A stretch of DNA of 24,259 nt from an uncultured Deferribacteres bacterium. GTDB lineage: Bacteria; Zhuqueibacterota; Zhuqueibacteria; Zhuqueibacterales; Geothermadaptataceae. The notes beneath the pieces were generated by a model that was given only the letters and a program-made list of their open reading frames with translations, was not told where the DNA came from and made no database searches. The first letter of the stretch is position 1, and the number at the start of each line of letters is the position of its first letter. This document shows positions 17,630 to 24,259 of the stretch, piece by piece. Position numbers and translations under genes: made by a program. The stretch lies in contig CAXHAT010000121.1 of NCBI GenBank assembly GCA_964014485.1, forward strand, positions 1 to 24,259, in the 5' to 3' direction.

Positions 17630-18151
17630 TTAGCTTCGTGACGGATACAGCCCAACAAGAGCAATGATGAAATTCATAGTCAGGAAAGGTTGCATGTTGT
17701 TGTGCTCCTGAGAGCCTCCGGTTGAAGGCAAAGATTGCGTGGCCATAGCGCCGGTCGATACGCCAGTAGGAAACCGATACATATCATTCCCGGCGCCCGG
17801 CAGTCTGGCGCTGCTTGGGGTGAGAGAATCCCCGTCCTCCTGCGAAGCTCGAAGCTGGTGCGTGTGATTTGGCATTTGCGCTTCGGAGAGGGTAACGTGC
17901 TCGACTCCGCCTCTTTGTCCCAAGCGGCGCGAAGTTAAGCCCGGGCCGCGACCAGGGTGCATTGGTGCACGACCTTGTAGATTGGGCAATGCCGTCGTCG
18001 TGCGACCGTCGCCGCCGTAAGTCGTGCCGATAAGAGAAAACAAAGCGGTGTTTTGCGCAATTGGCAGCAATTGGCCGTTGCAAAACGCCCAGCCGCGCGG
18101 CGCAAAGTTCCCCGCGAAAATGCGTATTTCAGCGGTAAAAGGTTCTGACAT
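17630..18151 (-). CDS. Phage tail-collar domain protein (MdpB / short-tail-fibre-like), paralog 3
   Basis: MSEPFTAEIRIFAGNFAPRGWAFCNGQLL..ALFSLIGTTYGGDG..LPNLQGR collar motif; HTH; HNNMQP; terminal GLYPSRS. Confidence 0.92.
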   Translation of the reverse strand: MSEPFTAEIRIFAGNFAPRGWAFCNGQLLPIAQNTALFSLIGTTYGGDGRTTTALPNLQGRAPMHPGRGPGLTSRRLGQRGGVEHVTLSEAQMPNHTHQLRASQEDGDSLTPSSARLPGAGNDMYRFPTGVSTGAMATQSLPSTGGSQEHNNMQPFLTMNFIIALVGLYPSRS

Positions 18152-18174
18152 CTTTATTTCCTTTTTGTTTTGCG

Positions 18175-18690
18175 TTAATGTCTGGACGGATAAATGCCGA
18201 ATAAGGCGATAATGAAATTAATGCAGAGATAAGGCATCAAATTTGTGTGTGATCTTGAGCCGCCGACATTGGTGATAGACGCTCCATTCATATTTGCCGG
18301 GTCAAGTTGATCCGTGTAGACGTCGCCGAAGCCCTGGGCCAAGCCGTTGCCAACTGGATCACGGGTGGTAGATGCGCTTGTAGTTGCAGTTAGAAGGTGC
18401 GTGTGAGAAGGCAGTTGATTGACTGTAAGCGTTTCATTTTCGGAGCCAAACTTTGCGCCTAGCCGACGAGGGGAAAGCCCTGGACCAGAACCGGCGTGAA
18501 TCGGAATGCGACCGCGCATGTCCGGCAGGCCAAAAGTCGTCCGCCCGTCGCCGCCGTATATGGTGCCGAGCAAACTAAAGAGCGCGTCGTTTTGCGAAAC
18601 CGCCAGCAATTGCCCGTCGCAAAAAGCCCAGCCGCGCGGAGCAAAATTGCCGGCGAACATGCGAATTTCACCTACAAAAGGTTCTGACAT
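18175..18690 (-). CDS. Phage tail-collar domain protein (MdpB-like), paralog 2
   Basis: Same collar motif (GEIRMFAGNFAPRGWAFCDGQ..LGTIYGGDG..LPDMRGR); HTH; terminal GIYPSRH. Confidence 0.92.
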   Translation of the reverse strand: MSEPFVGEIRMFAGNFAPRGWAFCDGQLLAVSQNDALFSLLGTIYGGDGRTTFGLPDMRGRIPIHAGSGPGLSPRRLGAKFGSENETLTVNQLPSHTHLLTATTSASTTRDPVGNGLAQGFGDVYTDQLDPANMNGASITNVGGSRSHTNLMPYLCINFIIALFGIYPSRH

Positions 18691-18708
18691 AATTGATTCT
18701 CCTATGGG

Positions 18709-19224
18709 TTAATTGCGTGACGGAAAAAGCCCTTGCAAAGCGATGCAAAAATTGACCGCTATCGTCGGCTGCATATTGTTGTGCGCCTGCCCGCCGCCGA
18801 CATTAGCGACCGAAGAATTGTGCAACGTGACGGCGGAGCCAAAACTGGCGTATAGATTCCCCGCCGCACGCGCAAATACAGCCCCGTCCGGTTGATCGCT
18901 CAGATTTGTGCCGTCATTGGTCCCAATAAGTTGGTGATCGTGGTTCGGCATTTCAGCAGTGCTCAGCGTATGCGTTTCTTCGCCGCTTTTTTGACCTTGC
19001 TGATGAAACGTCCCGTTGGAAGAACCGACATGCATCGGTGTGCGGCCCCGTAAATCCGGCAATGCAAAAGACGTTCGTCCATCGCCGCCGTAAGTCGTGC
19101 CCAACAATGAATAGAGAGACTGGTTTTGGTTGATCGGCAAAATCTGTCCGTCGCAAAAAGCCCAACCCCGCGGTGCGAAGTTGAACCCGACGATTCTGAT
19201 TTCCGCCAAAAAAGGCTCGCTCAT
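18709..19224 (-). CDS. Phage tail-collar domain protein (MdpB-like), paralog 1
   Basis: AEIRIVGFNFAPRGWAFCDGQ..LGTTYGGDG..LPDLRGR; HDH; HNNMQP; terminal GLFPSRN; GGAGG RBS. Confidence 0.92.
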   Translation of the reverse strand: MSEPFLAEIRIVGFNFAPRGWAFCDGQILPINQNQSLYSLLGTTYGGDGRTSFALPDLRGRTPMHVGSSNGTFHQQGQKSGEETHTLSTAEMPNHDHQLIGTNDGTNLSDQPDGAVFARAAGNLYASFGSAVTLHNSSVANVGGGQAHNNMQPTIAVNFCIALQGLFPSRN

Positions 19225-19360
19225 AAAAACCTCCGTGTTTGTGGTTGTGTAAACCGGAGTTCTCCGGCTCTGCTAATTTGATGGGATTGACTAAAGAGAA
19301 GAGATGTGTGAATTGAAAGGTTTTTTGGGGAATGCATCAAAGAGCATGAAGATGTGTAGA

Positions 19361-19376
19361 TTGCGCATATGCGCAA
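19361..19376. promoter_or_regulatory. Perfect 16-bp palindrome, candidate operator upstream of the tail-collar operon
   Basis: TTGCGCATATGCGCAA is its own reverse complement, ~140 bp upstream of the ATG at 19224. Confidence 0.4.
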
Positions 19377-19567
19377 AGTATAAAGCAGCGAATAAGACAC
19401 GCTGTTTGAGCTCCGTAATATGATCAGGCAGGGGTGTTTTGCGACCGGAATCGTCGAAGCCGACGATGATTGATTCCTATCTAACAGAATGATTTAAAAA
19501 CGCAACAGGAAAAACACAACTCCGCTTCTTTTATCAAAAATTCACATTCGAACTATAATTATAACTG

Positions 19568-21865
19568 TTATTGAATTTCGTTATTTTTGGGGCCCGTTCG
19601 AAGACCTAAATGATCAATGATGAGCTTACCTTTTTTAGTCTTGTTAAATCTGAACACCACTTTTGTTATTTGGGTAAAGTCCAATTGCGAATTTTTCGCG
19701 CTGAATCTACTGATCTGGAAGGCGAAAGTTTGATAAACAGGCTCGGAAGTCGGCGTTGAATTGAACATTTCGGATTTGCTGACTTGCACGGAAATTTGCG
19801 GTTGCAGGAGTGAAAAATCGCTTAACGCCACATCAGCGGCGTTTCCCGCTTGATCAGTTAATTCGATGGTGAAATCAATCAGCTCATCCCTGCTTTCGGT
19901 ACTGTTCTTTTTGTCATTCGACGACTCTTTGTTTTTGTCGGCGGCAAGCGCGAATGTCAGCAGATCATCGCTGCTCGTGACCGGCAGGGGGTGAGGGAGG
20001 GTGATCGAATATTCCGGCGTTTTTCCGCTCTCTGTTTCCCAGCCAAGATAGACGGCGTTAGTCGCTTTGTCGCGCTGTTTGAGAGAAACGCGCTTTTCCC
20101 GCCAGGTTTTTAAATTCCTGCCGCTAATCTGACCGCCGGGAATCGTCGTCGTTGTTACATCAAGGTCTTCCTCGAACGTTTGAAAATATCGCGAATTCGC
20201 GTCGTCAAATTGTGTCAAATAAACCGTTTCGGGAAGCCAGTTTTTACCGGCGCGCGCGTCTTGAAAAAGCGGCAAGTAGGCGGCGCTTTTTGAAAGCGAC
20301 GCTTCGAGAAATGCGGAAATATAAACCTTTGCGATTTGGCGCTGCTCTTCCGCGGGCATGATGTCTCGCAGATTGAGGAAGTTCTTCCATGGATAGCTCG
20401 CGTCAGACCTTCCCCAGACCGTATTGAATTGACCGTGATTGGCGCCGTAAATGTAAAGGCTGCTTTTAAAATGATAATCGTTGCCTGAAAAAGAAACGCG
20501 CTCAAACTGGCGCGAGCCGCGAAAGGACTGCACGTCGGCGTCGTGTGAACCATGCAGCACGAAATAGTCAACGTCCTCGACGGTCGTCCACAAACCCGCC
20601 GGTTCGTAGCGATCGACCGGCGCAATGGCGATGACGCCTTGAATATTGAAGTTGTAATTAAACCTGACGTTGGCGTTGTCAGGGTAGCGCGCCATTTTGT
20701 TAAACATCGCGGCGATGGCGACAGCTTCTCCGCCGCGCGAATGGCCGATTAATCCAATTTTGGAAGTATCGACTTTGTTGAAAAACGGACTGTCCGGCGT
20801 TGCATTCCATTCATGCCACACGCGTAGATGTTCCAGAAACATCCACCCGCGAGCGTCCAGTTCTTGCGTCCAGTTTCTGCCGCGAAAGCCGTCCAAACGT
20901 GATGAATAGCTGCTGTTTAAAAAGTTCATGTCAAGGGAAACAAAAATGTAACCGCGCGAAGCCAGGAATTCCCCAAGATAGGCATAGCCGGGATCCGAAA
21001 ATTCTTCCATCGAATGATTGCCGTGAACAATCAACACAAGCGGAAAAGGGCCGTCACCCTCGGGACTCCAGACGCGCCCTTGCAACGGCATGGATTTCGG
21101 GCCGAATCCCCAAAATCGGGTGCGCGCCCAGCCCGTTCTTTTATCCCAATTTTCAACAAACGGTGATGCGTCCACCGGCTGCGTAATTAAATCTGCTTCC
21201 TTCGCAAACTCCGGACGATGCTTGTCCTTACCACTGCCGTAGGTCAAATATTTTATCGCGAATCCGCCGCTTTTCGATGGATCATCGGCGGAAATATGCG
21301 TGATTTCTACCTGTGATTTTAACGCGGCGTTGACCGGCGCTTTCCGCTTTGCGCCGTCGTTAAAAAACCAAAAAGCCGATCCAAGCAATCCGATTCCGCC
21401 AACGAAAGCCAGGGCTGTGCCGAATACCCAGCGCCGATTTTCATGGGTATGACGTGCATGCCTTTCCTTGACTAACCTCAGGCCAATCCCCAAAAATAAA
21501 GTCGGCAGAACGAAGCCCGCGATGACCGTCAGGTATCCTTCAAAGCCGCTTCGTGCGCCGAATTGAAACCACAAAAATGTCAGCGAAAAGACCACGCCAA
21601 AAGCAAGCGCCGTCGGCGCCGTCGCAAGAATTTTGATCAGCAAAAAAATGCCGACGGCGAGGAGAATCAGGTAACCCAAAAGCTGTAAAAACGCAAGCGT
21701 CACCTCGAAACTGACACTGTCTTGAAATATAACGCTGACGCCGATTGACCCGATGATAGTCGCGGAAAGCGTTAGCAAAAGTCGCCCTGCTGTGCGTAAC
21801 GGCGGACGCCCCGGAGAAATCGAATTCCAAAAAGAACGAGGAGCGCTTAGGAGTTTTTTCAGCAT
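19568..21865 (-). CDS. Membrane-anchored alpha/beta-fold hydrolase (chlorophyllase-like) with a C-terminal beta-rich domain
   Basis: About 5 N-terminal TM helices; GPFPLVLIVHGNH, GYAYLGEFLASRG, nucleophile elbow GHSRGG, HDADV, GANHGQFN (putative Ser-Asp-His triad). Confidence 0.85.
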   Translation of the reverse strand: MLKKLLSAPRSFWNSISPGRPPLRTAGRLLLTLSATIIGSIGVSVIFQDSVSFEVTLAFLQLLGYLILLAVGIFLLIKILATAPTALAFGVVFSLTFLWFQFGARSGFEGYLTVIAGFVLPTLFLGIGLRLVKERHARHTHENRRWVFGTALAFVGGIGLLGSAFWFFNDGAKRKAPVNAALKSQVEITHISADDPSKSGGFAIKYLTYGSGKDKHRPEFAKEADLITQPVDASPFVENWDKRTGWARTRFWGFGPKSMPLQGRVWSPEGDGPFPLVLIVHGNHSMEEFSDPGYAYLGEFLASRGYIFVSLDMNFLNSSYSSRLDGFRGRNWTQELDARGWMFLEHLRVWHEWNATPDSPFFNKVDTSKIGLIGHSRGGEAVAIAAMFNKMARYPDNANVRFNYNFNIQGVIAIAPVDRYEPAGLWTTVEDVDYFVLHGSHDADVQSFRGSRQFERVSFSGNDYHFKSSLYIYGANHGQFNTVWGRSDASYPWKNFLNLRDIMPAEEQRQIAKVYISAFLEASLSKSAAYLPLFQDARAGKNWLPETVYLTQFDDANSRYFQTFEEDLDVTTTTIPGGQISGRNLKTWREKRVSLKQRDKATNAVYLGWETESGKTPEYSITLPHPLPVTSSDDLLTFALAADKNKESSNDKKNSTESRDELIDFTIELTDQAGNAADVALSDFSLLQPQISVQVSKSEMFNSTPTSEPVYQTFAFQISRFSAKNSQLDFTQITKVVFRFNKTKKGKLIIDHLGLRTGPKNNEIQ

Positions 21866-21880
21866 CGTGCTCAGTCCGGC

Positions 21881-22612
21881 TTAGTTGGTTTTCCAAATGA
21901 TTTGATCGTCTATAAACGGCGGAGAAGATCGGTGGCTTTCTGTCAGTTCAATTTTTCGCGCCAGCAATTCCGGTAAATTTTTTCCATACATAAACGGCGT
22001 TTCCCCGGTTTCTGAAACGGCCATGAAATGCGTTTGGCTCGTTTCAACCAGAGTCTTCAACATTTTGACATTCTCGATCTCAAAATCAATGACCTCGTCA
22101 AGCTGACGGCGAAAATCGCGCTTTCTCATTTTCGTCGTCCATACAGCCAGCCGTAAACGTTGCCGACCCACCCGGCGACGCTGCGCATAGTTCCTGTCCA
22201 GCGGCGAAACGCGCGCAAACGGTCGTGAACATCGACAAAAACGTCGCGTCCGGAATTCGGCGAATTGGAGCGAAGCGCGTCGTCTGCCAAATGAATCGCG
22301 TGGGCTAACGGTTCCAATGCATGTGCGTCAACGCGCTCGAGGAATTTGAAGCCGCCGGCAAAATCCGCGACAGGCCGCCTTGGAGATGAGTTTGAGAAAA
22401 ATCCACTGCGAACCGTTCGGCGCATTTTTTAGAATCTCATCAAATTGCGCCTCGTCCTTTCGTAAAATCTGAATTCGAAAAGCGCCGCCGCTCCCGCTGG
22501 CAAAGCGTTTTTCAAAAAGCGCGAGAGATGTCTTTTCAACTTCAAGTGCACCGGCCGGAATAAGGAAAACGCTCGTTTTGCCGAGCGCTTTTTGCACTAT
22601 CGTTTGTGTCAT
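21881..22612 (-). pseudogene. Frameshifted remnant of a hypothetical gene
   Basis: Three overlapping fragments (22328..22612, 22126..22425, 21881..22171) each with a protein-like segment, tiling the gap between two co-oriented genes (6-bp and 15-bp gaps). Confidence 0.55.
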
Positions 22613-22618
22613 GAGCGT

Positions 22619-24259
22619 CTATTTTCGAATCGCGCGGAATGTGCCGTTCGGCTGCAGGAAAGTCGCTTCTTTCGCCGCACCTTTTTTGTCCAGATCGAAT
22701 TTCAGGCTAAAGCCGGTCAAACCCTTCAGATTGAACGTCGTTTCCTTGTAGGGCTCCAAATCATAGGTCGGCTGTCCCGGGACCGTCACGGTAATTGCGT
22801 TTTCGTCTTTCTTCGCCACAGTAATTGTCGTGCCGTTCAAATCGTATTCGCCGGTCAATTTTGACAAAAACTCGGGATCGGTGAGTTTGGATGACGGTTT
22901 GCGTTTGAAAATGATCGCGTCAACTGAGGGTTCGATGGGAATGGAAAGATGAGCCAGATCGCCCTTTTCATTGCCGGAAAAGGTGATTTTTATATTCTCG
23001 AGAATCCCGTCGGAGATTTGGAAAACGTCATAGTGCCAATGTTCGAGAGGCGAGTCGGCGCTGTTAAATTGCGCGCGCAACGTATTGTCGCTGTGCGAAA
23101 TCGTGAAAACGCCGTAGGCCGGATGCTCATATTCTCCGACAAATTCTTCCGGTTTTCGTGACGTTTTGGTTTTCGCGACGCGCTGTTCTTCTCTTTCTTT
23201 TTCCCGCTTTTTGGCGTTCGCTTCTGCGGCGTCCACCTGCGTTTTAAGTCTCGCGTGCCAATCCACCGGTTCGTTGTCCAGAAGCAAGTCCATGATGTAG
23301 TAGCTCACAATCGTCGGCAGGGGCGTGCCGCCACGATTAGTGAGAATAGTCAGCCCGATATTGTCGCGCGGCAAAAGCCCGACGTGCGCCGTAAAACCGT
23401 CGATGCCGCCGCCGTGCGTCACGCGCTTATGGCCGCGATAATAGTTCACGCCCCAACCGAGAGCGTAACCGCCGAGAGAAACTTCGTCGTATTGCTGGTT
23501 CGAGCCAATCGTTGTAAATGGCGTGTGCATCATCGCGAAACCCGGCTCGGAAATAAGCTGCTCGTCGCCAATCTTGCCTTTGTTGAGCTGAAAACGTACC
23601 CATTTCGCCATGTCTGTAACACTCGAATTGATCGAGCCCGCCGGGCCCATCTCGTCGATAATTCTGAAAGGAACGACTTTTATATTGTCGTCTTCTTCGA
23701 TGTAAGGCAATGCATGATTATCCGATTCTTGGGATTTATCAACGGAAAAATTGCTGTTTGCCATATTCAGCGGTTGAAAGATGCGCTCCTGAACAAGCGT
23801 TTCCCATGTCGAACCGGCGACTTGTCCGGAGAGATAGCCGGCGACCATAAACATCAAATTTTGATACTGGTACGTCGTTCTGAAATCCTTGCTTGGCTCA
23901 AGATATTGCAGACGATCAAATAATTGTCCGCGGGTGAGAGTAGAGCCGTACCACAAAAGATCGTGGCGCGGCAGACCGGAGTTGTGCGTGACGAGATCGC
24001 GCGGCGTCATGCGCGCGGTTGCGAATTCATCATGCAATTTGAAGGTTGGCAGATACGTTTTTACGGATTCGTTCCAGTCGATTTTCCCTTCTTCGTCCAG
24101 GAAGCCAAGAATCATGCTGGTGAAAGCTTTTGAGCAAGAGCCGATGGCGAAAAGCGTGTTTTCATCGGCGGGTAAATTTTTCTCAACGTTGCGCAAGCCA
24201 AAGCCTTCAGCGAAAATCACCTTGTCGTCCTTCACAATCGAGACGGCGATTGCCGGAAC
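22619..24259 (-). CDS. Serine hydrolase, beta-lactamase/AmpC-related family, with DUF3471-like C-terminal domain(s); 5' end outside the window
   Basis: Frame open to the window edge (VPAIAVSIVKDDKV); FAIGSCSK (SxxK), LVTHNSGLPRHD, YQYQN (YxN), HGGGIDGF; FVGEYEHPAYG..LEHWHYDVF. Confidence 0.9.
   Translation of the reverse strand, partial: VPAIAVSIVKDDKVIFAEGFGLRNVEKNLPADENTLFAIGSCSKAFTSMILGFLDEEGKIDWNESVKTYLPTFKLHDEFATARMTPRDLVTHNSGLPRHDLLWYGSTLTRGQLFDRLQYLEPSKDFRTTYQYQNLMFMVAGYLSGQVAGSTWETLVQERIFQPLNMANSNFSVDKSQESDNHALPYIEEDDNIKVVPFRIIDEMGPAGSINSSVTDMAKWVRFQLNKGKIGDEQLISEPGFAMMHTPFTTIGSNQQYDEVSLGGYALGWGVNYYRGHKRVTHGGGIDGFTAHVGLLPRDNIGLTILTNRGGTPLPTIVSYYIMDLLLDNEPVDWHARLKTQVDAAEANAKKREKEREEQRVAKTKTSRKPEEFVGEYEHPAYGVFTISHSDNTLRAQFNSADSPLEHWHYDVFQISDGILENIKITFSGNEKGDLAHLSIPIEPSVDAIIFKRKPSSKLTDPEFLSKLTGEYDLNGTTITVAKKDENAITVTVPGQPTYDLEPYKETTFNLKGLTGFSLKFDLDKKGAAKEATFLQPNGTFRAIRK

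Noticed and set aside
15880..19224. Prophage or tailocin
   Set aside because: No capsid, terminase, sheath, tube, baseplate, lysis or integrase genes in the window.
17630..19224. Link to microcystin
   Set aside because: The MdpB name is a historical annotation; there are no NRPS/PKS genes here.
19400..19480. c-di-GMP-I (GEMM) riboswitch upstream of the collar operon (minus strand has a hairpin followed by CGCAAAAC)
   Set aside because: No GGCAAA start or GAAA tetraloop in the first stem and no convincing second stem; a covariance-model hit would be needed.
22328..22330. Selenocysteine or readthrough at the single in-frame TGA
   Set aside because: The sequence after the TGA in that frame is Arg-rich and non-protein-like, and an alternative frame looks coding; frameshifts explain it better.
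22619..24259. Antibiotic-resistance beta-lactamase
   Set aside because: SxxK/YxN with HGG and a DUF3471-like tail fits the broad peptidase/esterase-like serine hydrolase group; resistance cannot be inferred.

Overview
Bacterial chromosomal window, probably from an FCB-group lineage such as KSB1/Calditrichota (inferred from a YPNPFNPST/FlgD-Ig C-terminal domain). Left to right: (1) a minus-strand beta-oxidation operon fadI-[GNAT::BKACE fusion]-fadJ, with the fusion gene bracketed by REP-like palindromes; (2) a plus-strand YdeI-family gene and a coupled DUF2306-like/LytS/LytTR operon with an AlgR-type direct repeat upstream; (3) a ~10 kb minus-strand surface-protein locus: three phage tail-collar (MdpB-like) paralogs, three DUF6916-like paralogs, a GNAT, a ~1515 aa Ig/beta-helix adhesin-like protein and a secreted partner with a T9SS-like C-terminal domain; (4) a 5'-truncated serine hydrolase, a frameshifted remnant and a membrane-anchored alpha/beta hydrolase. 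The most striking observation is that one DUF11-type (isopeptide-forming) Ig domain appears to be split between the adhesin (Lys/Asp half) and the downstream partner (Asn half), suggesting a natural two-chain covalent coupling system. All family assignments come from motif recognition by eye; no searches were run.
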